64,000 bases of DNA, from NCBI GenBank assembly GCA_015233195.1, contig JADFYE010000002.1, positions 26,184 through 90,183 on the forward strand, read 5' to 3'. The translations under genes were made by a program, and so were the position numbers. Positions 27,744-36,616 of the stretch are shown here, piece after piece; within the stretch, counting starts at the first letter, position 1, and each line of letters begins with the position of its first letter. Source of the stretch: Candidatus Omnitrophota bacterium (GTDB lineage: Bacteria; Omnitrophota; Gorgyraeia; Zapsychrales; Zapsychraceae). The notes under the pieces are model-generated. The model was not told the DNA's origin. It worked only from the letters and a program-made list of their open reading frames with translations, and did not search any database.

Positions 27744-29453
27744 TTAATTTTTAATATTTTTCACTATCTCACTAATTAAACCATCAATAGTATGCTGAGG
27801 AAAAAACTTTAATTTTTTACTTTGTAAAGCCAATTGCAGCGCTTTAACAAAATTACCACTTTGTAACTCTTTAATAGCAATATCAGCAAATCTTTGTGCA
27901 AATTTTTCATTCGAACTTACTAAACCATACACATTCGCATACTTTCCCTGCTCGAGAAGCTCTACAGAATATGGACCTAACGTGAAGTCATACTGATTAC
28001 CAACAAATATAACGCAAGGCACTTGCGGCAAAAGATCATCTGCAAAAACCACATCCTTAAAATTATAGATCCGATAATAATCTCTATTAAAATACAAATA
28101 CTTAGGATAAATTTTGCTCAATTCTTCTTTCAAAGAAAGACCACTAAAAAAATTACCAAAAAACAAAGCATACTCAGGGTTAAGAACAGGCTGACCATAA
28201 TAACCTAAAGAAACACATTTATCATATTTTGAATTAATATTTTGTCGAAACTCCAAAATCTCTTTATTCATAACAGCGGCTTTATTCGAATAAATAAAAG
28301 ACTGAACAATAAAAAAAATGGAAAAAATCACTATAAATACCCCTGCAATCACCTTCCCAATTTTATACTTAGCCATCTGTGTCAAATAATACAAAAATAA
28401 TAATGAAGAAAATAAACTTATTCCTATCAACATATAATGATGGGAAAAATGTTTAGCCACCATCATAAACTGTAATAAAACACTAAAAGATATGCTCCAT
28501 AAAAAAAATATACCCTTTGCTTTATCACGTTTAAATATCTTCCATGAACTCCATACCCACACCAAGCACCCAAACAACATAAAAAACCAATACCGAATAA
28601 ACATAATTTTAAGATTTATAAAAAAAGAACTAAAATCAATAAAGCCGTTTTTACCACTAGCATATACGCCAGTATGAAACGATAACGCGTTAATCCAATA
28701 CCAAAGAGTACGATATTCTTTAAGGACCGGTAAAGTAAACGCAACGAAAGATGCTACGCATAATACTATAAAAACACTTTTTTTTCTCCACGATATCAAT
28801 ATAAGCGGTACAATCAAAAGCGGAAAAAACGTTAATCTAGTTGCAAGTCCCATTCCGCCTATAATTCCCAACCAGAACACAGTCCAAAATTCTTCTCTCC
28901 CTGTTTTAGAAAAATACAAATTTAACAACAACCAATTATAAATAATACCAACGCATATTAACATTGGATCTGGACTTACATTAACCACAACTGTAGGAAT
29001 AGGAAACCCTGAATCAAAAGATTTTAAAACCAAAAAAGCTAATAAAGGTATTTGTGTCAATACTGCGGCAATCCAATCAGTAGTCTTTCGAAAAACATAA
29101 GCGGCAAATGCTGCAGATAACAAACAAAAACTTACAACCATAAAAATATTAATCAAATTTAAATAATACTCAGGGGCAGATAAAACTCGATTAACTATGT
29201 CAGCGTTAGTATGCCCCAAATTCATAATTTTAAATATCCATAAAGCTAAAATCTGAACCGTGGTACCCGGATGAAAAAACTCATGCGACGCTAAACCTTT
29301 TACCAAATTTAGACTATTAAACAAATACGCGTAGGAAGGATCTACATTTTGCCAATATGGTCCTGAAGAGATTTTAAGCAAAACCAATAATCCTGCCATA
29401 ATGGTAGGAATAACGAAGACAAACCAATATTTACAAATAATACGGATTAACAA
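27744..29453 (-). CDS. Polytopic membrane protein, GT-C-fold glycosyltransferase-like (paralog B)
   Basis: 569 aa with DPSYAYLFNSLNLVKGL..HPGTTVQ, colinear with paralog A. Apparent TTG start at 29453. Confidence 0.45.
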   Translation of the reverse strand: MLIRIICKYWFVFVIPTIMAGLLVLLKISSGPYWQNVDPSYAYLFNSLNLVKGLASHEFFHPGTTVQILALWIFKIMNLGHTNADIVNRVLSAPEYYLNLINIFMVVSFCLLSAAFAAYVFRKTTDWIAAVLTQIPLLAFLVLKSFDSGFPIPTVVVNVSPDPMLICVGIIYNWLLLNLYFSKTGREEFWTVFWLGIIGGMGLATRLTFFPLLIVPLILISWRKKSVFIVLCVASFVAFTLPVLKEYRTLWYWINALSFHTGVYASGKNGFIDFSSFFINLKIMFIRYWFFMLFGCLVWVWSSWKIFKRDKAKGIFFLWSISFSVLLQFMMVAKHFSHHYMLIGISLFSSLLFLYYLTQMAKYKIGKVIAGVFIVIFSIFFIVQSFIYSNKAAVMNKEILEFRQNINSKYDKCVSLGYYGQPVLNPEYALFFGNFFSGLSLKEELSKIYPKYLYFNRDYYRIYNFKDVVFADDLLPQVPCVIFVGNQYDFTLGPYSVELLEQGKYANVYGLVSSNEKFAQRFADIAIKELQSGNFVKALQLALQSKKLKFFPQHTIDGLISEIVKNIKN

Positions 29454-29470
29454 ATTAAAATTTCTGGGTT

Positions 29471-29911
29471 TTAAAAGGCTTTAACTTCTACCTGACCAAT
29501 CATATTCGTCCAAAACGGAGATTTATATTCAATTCGCTTCATGTTTCCTTCTTTCAACATCATTTTAAGCTTTATTGGTCGACCATAATCATACAGAGAA
29601 CGCGAGGCTATTTTCTTATCATCACCAACATCATCCTTCTTAACATCCTCACCAATTGAAGTAATCTTTACCGTATGCCAACCAGGTTTAACCATAACCC
29701 TAATAACACTCATTGCATCAACCGTAAATTCTTGTTCATCCACTATTATACGATGCCCGATAACTTCAGTCTGACCTAAAAACCTGCTACAATCAAACAC
29801 CAATCCAGTATTATCAGAATTAGTTCCCATTCGCATCGGCTCGTACAGACGAGCAGTTGAAGAACATCCCATCAAACCAAAAACCAAAAACAATAAAAAT
29901 ATTTTTCGCAT
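29471..29911 (-). CDS. Lipoprotein, unknown function (last gene of the T4SS array)
   Basis: Lipobox LVFGLMGC with start at ATG 29911 (MRKIFLLFLVFGLMGCSS). The track's 14-codon 5' extension is unlikely. Confidence 0.6.
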   Translation of the reverse strand: MRKIFLLFLVFGLMGCSSTARLYEPMRMGTNSDNTGLVFDCSRFLGQTEVIGHRIIVDEQEFTVDAMSVIRVMVKPGWHTVKITSIGEDVKKDDVGDDKKIASRSLYDYGRPIKLKMMLKEGNMKRIEYKSPFWTNMIGQVEVKAF

Positions 29912-29972
29912 ATCCGGCTCCCTTGTCCTGTAAAATATCATAACATAAACCACTCAACCCTAACGTCGAATT

Positions 29973-30452
29973 TTAAAAAATTTTCTGCATTACAAAATCA
30001 ACTTCAACCACCCCAAAATACCGGCTATCCCAACTGCGCGGATTATAATCAGACATCATCCAATATTGCCCCTGCCCCAAAACCAACCTCTCCGAATAAA
30101 ACAAATCCAATCGCCTGCCTTTTGAATCCACCTGTTCAATACTCAAACCCTCCACAACCTTTCCATTAATAAATATTTTTCGGTCTCGGCGTTCAACCAC
30201 ATCACCCGGCACGGCATAAACTTTTTTCATTAACCAAACATCCGACTTAATATACCCACGCGCTTGCGCATATTTATTAATAACCGGATCCAATCTAAAT
30301 GCGGCATAATCACCAAGACCCGGAACTTTATTAGACCGTTGATAAATACCAATCGGTAAACTATTCGATAAGCAGCTAAAATAATAACCATTGTAATGAA
30401 ACCAGCAAAATCCAATCAACACTATCACACTAAACAAAAATAATTTTTTCAT
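29973..30452 (-). CDS. traF: Conjugative-transfer signal peptidase TraF (S26 family, pilin maturation/cyclisation type)
   Basis: 159 aa with an N-terminal TM, Ser motif NSLPIG, Lys motif MKKVYAVPGDVV, and C-terminal SWDSRYFG, as in RP4 TraF / TraF-type S26 peptidases. Confidence 0.8.
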   Translation of the reverse strand: MKKLFLFSVIVLIGFCWFHYNGYYFSCLSNSLPIGIYQRSNKVPGLGDYAAFRLDPVINKYAQARGYIKSDVWLMKKVYAVPGDVVERRDRKIFINGKVVEGLSIEQVDSKGRRLDLFYSERLVLGQGQYWMMSDYNPRSWDSRYFGVVEVDFVMQKIF

Positions 30453-30458
30453 ACAAAA

Positions 30459-31013
30459 TCATTTCTGATGAAACCCAATTTTATTTTTTGGTTTTTCCGG
30501 ATGGCCAAACAAACGTTTCAATGCTGCAAATACAACATGAAACTGCTTATCATATTTTTTCTCCATCGATTCAATTTTCTCTCTCAATTCTTTATGCGTA
30601 TACATCATTTGCCGGAGCTTAGTAAAAGTCCGCATGATCGAAATATTAACCTGAATAGCCCGATCACTCTTTAAGACGCTGGATAACATAGCAACACCTT
30701 GTTCAGTAAAAACATATGGAAAATAACGGCTTCCTCCATGCTCTAAATTTGAGGTCACATTTTGTGACCTCAAGTTTACTAACCCTAATCTTGAGGTCGC
30801 AATTTGCGACCTCAAGTTTGCCGCTTCCTCAAAACTCAATTCAAACATAAAATCTATAGGAAACCGTTTAATATTTCTTTTAACCTGCTCTTTCAATCTT
30901 TTCGTCTCAACTCCATACAACATAGCCAAATCAGAATCCAACATTACTTTCTGCCCCCTGATCACATAGATCATGTTTTCAATAACATCAATTTCAACAT
31001 TATTAGTCTTCAT
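30459..31013 (-). CDS. ORF6N-domain (KilA-N superfamily) DNA-binding protein
   Basis: 184 aa with [43 protein letters not shown], then a duplicated NLRSQxxTS segment, then [38 protein letters not shown]. Confidence 0.75.
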   Translation of the reverse strand: MKTNNVEIDVIENMIYVIRGQKVMLDSDLAMLYGVETKRLKEQVKRNIKRFPIDFMFELSFEEAANLRSQIATSRLGLVNLRSQNVTSNLEHGGSRYFPYVFTEQGVAMLSSVLKSDRAIQVNISIMRTFTKLRQMMYTHKELREKIESMEKKYDKQFHVVFAALKRLFGHPEKPKNKIGFHQK

Positions 31014-31981
31014 ACGCCTCTCACATTTTCCAAAACATACTCCCCGCTTTTCTTATCAAAACCCTTCACCTCCAAAATCTCATCCACCAACCTACCTGCT
31101 GCATTTTTATTCGCACGAACAATATTCACCACCACATTAATCGCCTCAGCAATCGTTTCAGGTACAGGCGACACATTAGCTTCCAATATCAACTGCTCCA
31201 ACCGCATTAAAGCCCGGATGGCATTATTCGCATGAATAGTAGATAAACCTCCTGGATGCCCAGTATTCAAAGCTTTAATCAAAGTATGCGCTTCTTTCCC
31301 TCTTACTTCTCCGACAATAATCCGATCCGGACGCAACCGCATACAATAACGCAAAAGATCATCCATATTGCGATTATCTGAAGTTTTAAGCGTAATTTTA
31401 TTTTTAACATTACACTGTAATTCCAACGTATCCTCAATAACCGCTATCCTGTCTTCCGGAAAAATTTTGGCTACCTGATCTAAAACTGCATTACATAAAG
31501 TAGTTTTCCCACTTCCAGTTGAACCAGCAACTAAAATTGATTTTCGACTCTTTACTGCTTTTACCAGCTGATCATATTGTTCAGAAGTAATTACTTTTTG
31601 TTCCAAATATTCATCTAACGTAATCACCCGTTTTGCGGGTTTACGAATTGAGAATACTGGGCAGGAAACTAACGGAGGTATTAACGCCTGAAATCTGCAC
31701 AACTGTGAACTATTTTCCAACTGAAACCGTATTTCTGAAGATAAATTAGGACTATCTTTATTTATTTCAATGTCATTAACACTTGCAATGGTATTTATAA
31801 AATTACGAGCTTTTTCCGGAGACAAATTACAATATTGTTTCATCCCATTATATGTATCTACCCATACCTGCGAATCTTCATTCAGCATAATCTCAATAAC
31901 TTGTGGATCACTAATCGCCCCGAAAATCTCTTCACCTAATTCATACCGGATCTTTTCATATATCCGCTGATGCTGAATCAT
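31010..31981 (-). CDS. virB11: Type IV secretion ATPase VirB11/TrbB
   Basis: 323 aa with Walker [22 protein letters not shown], and His box [12 protein letters not shown]. Confidence 0.9.
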   Translation of the reverse strand: MIQHQRIYEKIRYELGEEIFGAISDPQVIEIMLNEDSQVWVDTYNGMKQYCNLSPEKARNFINTIASVNDIEINKDSPNLSSEIRFQLENSSQLCRFQALIPPLVSCPVFSIRKPAKRVITLDEYLEQKVITSEQYDQLVKAVKSRKSILVAGSTGSGKTTLCNAVLDQVAKIFPEDRIAVIEDTLELQCNVKNKITLKTSDNRNMDDLLRYCMRLRPDRIIVGEVRGKEAHTLIKALNTGHPGGLSTIHANNAIRALMRLEQLILEANVSPVPETIAEAINVVVNIVRANKNAAGRLVDEILEVKGFDKKSGEYVLENVRGV

Positions 31982-31994
31982 TGTATTTTCCTCA

Positions 31995-33218
31995 TTACGA
32001 ATTGGGGTATGGTTCCAATACCATATCTTTCATGACCATAACTTTAGTTTTCATTCCCGGACGGATCGCAATAGTCGGGGGAATATTAATATTTTTTTGG
32101 GTTTGCTGACTGAAAGTATCACCTAACCGCTGACCAACATTTTTTGCAACTACGTCTTGAGCTGTATTTACTGATGATACCTCTTCATTAGTATCTTTAG
32201 TAGGATCTAAAAATTCATACGCCGAGCCTACTAAACTCATTAACAAAGCATTTCCATATATTTTCAAATAATGATTATTAACCTTATCTTTTAAACCTGC
32301 ATAACCGCTGACGTCAACTCCCTGCATCCGGTCTAAATTTATCGTCGAACCATCCGGGAATTGTAATCTTATCCACACCACCAATACTCTATTCTGACCA
32401 TAAGCTAACTCATTATTATAAGTACCAATTAATCTACAGCCTTGAGGTATCAACAAATAATTTCCAGTTACAGTGTCATAAACATTTTCAGTGACTAACG
32501 CAACAATATCCCCCGGAAGATCAGAATTTATTCCAGTCAACATCGCGATCGGAATAATAGATCCCGCCTTGATCTCATATTCTGACAACGGTTTTTGTTT
32601 AAGATACGGTAAATAATCGCCTTTAACACCCAAACCTTTTAAAAAACTGCAATTATTATTTTGTTTATTTCCGTCAACAGATAAGCCGGACACGTCCCTG
32701 GTTTCAATTATTTTTTGTTCACCTGCCCCTCGATTAATATTTGGCACAAAATCCTGAGGCTTTTTAATTTCAATATTCATACCTGACCGAGCCGCCAATA
32801 CTGCTGCAGTTTCAAAATCTACAATCTCCTGGGTTTTTAATTTTTTTACTTTAGCCTTATTAGCATATTCTTCCGCCTTTAACGCTTTGTGCATCTTTAT
32901 CTCTTCTTCAGATAAAATCCGAGCAGCAACTTCTGTTGATTTTCGATTTTTATGTAAATTTTCCGCCAACTTATTCTTATTTATCTCCGCACTTTTAAAC
33001 CACGCCTCCTGATTTAAATTGGAAACTGCTACATTTGCTACCGGCTGTGCAGAAGAAGTTTTCTGAGCCTCAGCTTTATTACGCTGTGAATCTCCCTTGA
33101 ATATCAAATACAGCATTAATCCAGCAAACACTGCAAAAAAAATCACCAAAGGCATTTTTCCATAAGCATCAACTTTTATATCGGACAAACTAAATAATAT
33201 TTTTGATTTATCTTTCAT
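31995..33218 (-). CDS. virB10: Type IV secretion protein VirB10/TrbI
   Basis: 407 aa with an N-terminal TM, a low-complexity linker, and a C-terminal TrbI domain (IPQGCRLIGTYNNELAYGQNRVLVVW.RLQFPDGSTINL..GVDVSGYAGL). Confidence 0.9.
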   Translation of the reverse strand: MKDKSKILFSLSDIKVDAYGKMPLVIFFAVFAGLMLYLIFKGDSQRNKAEAQKTSSAQPVANVAVSNLNQEAWFKSAEINKNKLAENLHKNRKSTEVAARILSEEEIKMHKALKAEEYANKAKVKKLKTQEIVDFETAAVLAARSGMNIEIKKPQDFVPNINRGAGEQKIIETRDVSGLSVDGNKQNNNCSFLKGLGVKGDYLPYLKQKPLSEYEIKAGSIIPIAMLTGINSDLPGDIVALVTENVYDTVTGNYLLIPQGCRLIGTYNNELAYGQNRVLVVWIRLQFPDGSTINLDRMQGVDVSGYAGLKDKVNNHYLKIYGNALLMSLVGSAYEFLDPTKDTNEEVSSVNTAQDVVAKNVGQRLGDTFSQQTQKNINIPPTIAIRPGMKTKVMVMKDMVLEPYPNS

Positions 33219-34161
33219 ATGTTTTCCTAAAAATTTTTACAATTTTTTGTTTATCCGCGTTTAAAATTAATTCACCGTCGTTAAAAAGTTTATCTACAAT
33301 AAAAAATGGTTCACGATATCGATAATTAACCATATCTTTCGCTCCTTTAGCAGTCACAGCCACAAATACTGGTAATTCCATATTTTTAACTTTATCACTC
33401 ATTTTGATATACACTTTTCGCCCATCATCAAATACCATTGCCGGAAACCACGGCAACCGCTTGTCACCTTGAACTTTGTAATCAAAATTCATTTGTTCAA
33501 CTTTTAAACTGCTTGAATGAATATCATCTTTAGCATCACTTTCAGCCTTTACTACTCCAACATTAGGCTGCGGGTAATAAAAACTTATTCTGGGAGTGTA
33601 TTCTCCCTCGTCAATTGATTTGAGTTGTATGTCATAGATCCGTTTGTTCGTAACGATCACTAAATTGGTTTCCATATTATTCCCAAAAAACGGCTTTACT
33701 GTAATGATCGGACGCGATCCCTCATTAGATACTTGATATGAAATTTTATATGACCACCGTTCAGTATCTCCAGGTGAGGCATCTAATATTTCTTCTCCTT
33801 CTGCCAATTCGATCACACATGCCCTTAATTTTCCGCATATCAATTTCGGCTGAGCCATTCCATAAGGAAATTTAACTACATTATCTGGAGTAACTATAGT
33901 GTCGACTTGCGCGTCTTTTTCGATCTCATTTTCAGGAGCACGAATATACGCGCCATTATCCAACTTCATTTTTATAGGTTTGGTTTCAACGATCACATCT
34001 TCAAATTTCACATCATCGTTCAAAAACGCAACCGGAACAACTTTAGCCTGTGTTGAGTTAGCCATAAATTGATCTACCATAAAACCATGATTAACTGTTG
34101 TTTCAGCGTAAACCACTTCACATATTAATAAAAAACTCAATCCCAATATTATTCTCTTCAT
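33208..34161 (-). CDS. virB9: Type IV secretion protein VirB9/TrbG
   Basis: 317 aa with a signal peptide. Position and length fit VirB9/CagX-type beta-rich proteins (WSYKISY.., YDIQLKS.., PVFVAV..). Confidence 0.8.
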   Translation of the reverse strand: MKRIILGLSFLLICEVVYAETTVNHGFMVDQFMANSTQAKVVPVAFLNDDVKFEDVIVETKPIKMKLDNGAYIRAPENEIEKDAQVDTIVTPDNVVKFPYGMAQPKLICGKLRACVIELAEGEEILDASPGDTERWSYKISYQVSNEGSRPIITVKPFFGNNMETNLVIVTNKRIYDIQLKSIDEGEYTPRISFYYPQPNVGVVKAESDAKDDIHSSSLKVEQMNFDYKVQGDKRLPWFPAMVFDDGRKVYIKMSDKVKNMELPVFVAVTAKGAKDMVNYRYREPFFIVDKLFNDGELILNADKQKIVKIFRKTYER

Positions 34162-34820
34162 ATTTTCTCCTTAGATGTTGCGTCAATCTGCGACCAGGAT
34201 AACCTATTTACATATATTCCGAATGGATTCAGCGGATATTTTTCTAATATACTTGCATCTTTAGGCGGAATGACCGCTACTTCAAACCAGGCTTGCCATT
34301 GTTCTTCTTTCACAATCTTCCCCGAAAGATCCCGTGCAACTTCTTTCCATTCCATTAAAAATGAACGATCTGACTGCTTTAGAAATGACGACGGTATAAT
34401 TTGTAAAGTTCGCTCCTGCGCGATCTTAAATGGGTCATGCGCGCTATAATAACCATTCAAAAAATTATTCTGCACATTTATTCCTGAAACACTATATACC
34501 TCTGAAAAATTTTTTTTCATAACCAGATCATCAGTTATCACAGAACGAGCGAGATCAATGTACCGATATAAAAATGCCCGAATCACAGTTTCATCCACAA
34601 TATTTGAAGATTGTAATTTATCCACAAATTGCGCCCGACCTAAATGATCTACTTCGACGATATACGGTATTACTTGCGCCTTATTAATTAAAATATAATT
34701 ATTAACGCCTAACAACAAGACCACTAAAATTAACGATCCCGACACAATTTGCCAATTACGTTTAGCAATCACCGGCTCAGCAAATTGCTCCAACCATTCC
34801 TGTTTAACTTGTTTATACAT
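34158..34820 (-). CDS. virB8: Type IV secretion protein VirB8/TrbF
   Basis: 220 aa, bitopic (TM IVSGSLILVVLLLGV) with a periplasmic NTF2-like region. Syntenic between VirB6 and VirB9. Confidence 0.8.
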   Translation of the reverse strand: MYKQVKQEWLEQFAEPVIAKRNWQIVSGSLILVVLLLGVNNYILINKAQVIPYIVEVDHLGRAQFVDKLQSSNIVDETVIRAFLYRYIDLARSVITDDLVMKKNFSEVYSVSGINVQNNFLNGYYSAHDPFKIAQERTLQIIPSSFLKQSDRSFLMEWKEVARDLSGKIVKEEQWQAWFEVAVIPPKDASILEKYPLNPFGIYVNRLSWSQIDATSKEKI

Positions 34821-34832
34821 AAACTTTCCTTG

Positions 34833-35900
34833 TTATTGTTCAACCCCAAATAGTGTATTAACAGATTTAACCTGCCCTGATGCTGCTGAAGAAACAGCTT
34901 CTACCGTATTATGAGTATGTCTTGCCTCAATAACAGAGTTGTTATTAAGCGCTGAATTTGTTCTCAATTCACCCTGAACCAGACCCGGTTCATGGGGCAC
35001 ACCCTGAACCCAACGTGGTTCAGGGCCTTTCCCTGTAAAAACCAATCCATTACCCAACAACTCAACTGCCATTTTCGGCACATGTATCGACATATAATAA
35101 AAGATCAATGACCCTGCGCTTATAAATACCCCGTCACGAAATAACGTCTGATAAGTACTATTGCCTAATCTGGTCACCCAACTGCTGGTTATAAAATCGC
35201 CCGCATTAATAATGATCACTAAAAATAAAAACCTGATACCAATATTTACTGCAGCATTCAAATAACGTTCTGCATACTTAATAGTTACTGGATGACCAGC
35301 AAAACCCAATAAAAATGTACCTCCTGCCAAAATAATGTTTCCACCGATAATTATCAGCATCATTTCAATTCCCACCCTGACAAAAACATAAAAAACCAAG
35401 CACCCAAATATTATTAATAGCATTGAAAGCGCGCTTTGATTAAACCAGGGACCATTCGACCCTTTCATAAAAATATAAGAGAACAATTCCATACCCCTTC
35501 CAATAATATGTCCGGGTTTTAATGCCAAACGCGAACCTTGCTCATTATTTCCCGATGAAACTGTCGTTACTACCTGACTGCTGCTTTGAGTTTGCACCAT
35601 CCGCTGTGCTACAAAATTAAATGAATTTTTAAGCGGCATAAACCATGTGTCATATTGCGCAACCAGCCAATAAAACAAAAAAATAAAAAATACTTTTTTG
35701 ATCAACTCACCCATGATTCCAGCCATATCTTCTTTATGCAGCATCCACAAAATCCCGCTCCAGATGAAATTCAATAAAGCCAAAATACCGAATATTTTTA
35801 TACCAATCCCAATACCAACAGAACCTAACTGGTCTGCTAACCCGCCATAATGACTGATGATCTCTTCAATACCTGAAAATATTTCAACATCCGGATTCAT
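34833..35900 (-). CDS. virB6: Type IV secretion protein VirB6/TrbL
   Basis: 355 aa polytopic membrane protein with a hydrophilic C-terminal tail, in the syntenic position. Confidence 0.75.
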   Translation of the reverse strand: MNPDVEIFSGIEEIISHYGGLADQLGSVGIGIGIKIFGILALLNFIWSGILWMLHKEDMAGIMGELIKKVFFIFLFYWLVAQYDTWFMPLKNSFNFVAQRMVQTQSSSQVVTTVSSGNNEQGSRLALKPGHIIGRGMELFSYIFMKGSNGPWFNQSALSMLLIIFGCLVFYVFVRVGIEMMLIIIGGNIILAGGTFLLGFAGHPVTIKYAERYLNAAVNIGIRFLFLVIIINAGDFITSSWVTRLGNSTYQTLFRDGVFISAGSLIFYYMSIHVPKMAVELLGNGLVFTGKGPEPRWVQGVPHEPGLVQGELRTNSALNNNSVIEARHTHNTVEAVSSAASGQVKSVNTLFGVEQ

Positions 35901-35902
35901 AA

Positions 35903-36616
35903 TTAATATCCCGCGTGATTTTGTTCATTTTTAAGTAAATAAACTGACTGTTTGGTACTGGCTTCAATCGCCGCGTCCTTCTGCATTTGTGATGCCATAT
36001 ATGCATTTTGAGATTGAATTTGCAGCATCATTAATTGACGTAATTTTTGGATTTGCGTTGCTAATTCCAGTTGAATACGATTGCTAACCTGTAAAGCCTG
36101 AGTCTGCCCAACCGCGCTATCAGAACGGTCTTTCCACTTCCGTAAATAATCCTTCTCGACCGAAAACTCTTCTTTCTGGGTTTTTGCAGCATCCAAAGAC
36201 GCATAAAAAGAATCCATTGTTGCCTCAGTCCATTTTTCATACTCACTTTGAAAATCTTCTGATGGCTTATACCCTGGAAAACGTTCTTTAAATTTTTTAT
36301 CAAGCTGCAACATTGAATAAGAAATGGCTTTGCCCTGGTGAGCTTGTTCATTTAAAATTTTCAGTTCTTCAGTTGCGTCGTGATACGCGATATTTCCTGC
36401 AGGCTTAACACTCTTAAGCAACTCATTTAATTTTGTATTTATCGCAGTCTCTTCGAAGAAAATTTTACCGAGCTCCACATTAGTTTGTCCCTGAAGTTCT
36501 GCATTCACAGCATCTATTACCGCAAATTGAGCATTAGCATTTTCATAAAAAATTATTTGGGTATTTAATATCACAATCATCACACTGCAGACTTTTATCG
36601 TAAGTATTTTTCCCAT
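35903..36616 (-). CDS. virB5: Type IV secretion protein VirB5/TrbJ
   Basis: 237 aa with a signal peptide, a helical protein body, and a TrbJ-like C-terminal stretch GQTQALQVSNRIQLELATQIQKLRQLMMLQ. Confidence 0.75.
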   Translation of the reverse strand: MGKILTIKVCSVMIVILNTQIIFYENANAQFAVIDAVNAELQGQTNVELGKIFFEETAINTKLNELLKSVKPAGNIAYHDATEELKILNEQAHQGKAISYSMLQLDKKFKERFPGYKPSEDFQSEYEKWTEATMDSFYASLDAAKTQKEEFSVEKDYLRKWKDRSDSAVGQTQALQVSNRIQLELATQIQKLRQLMMLQIQSQNAYMASQMQKDAAIEASTKQSVYLLKNEQNHAGY

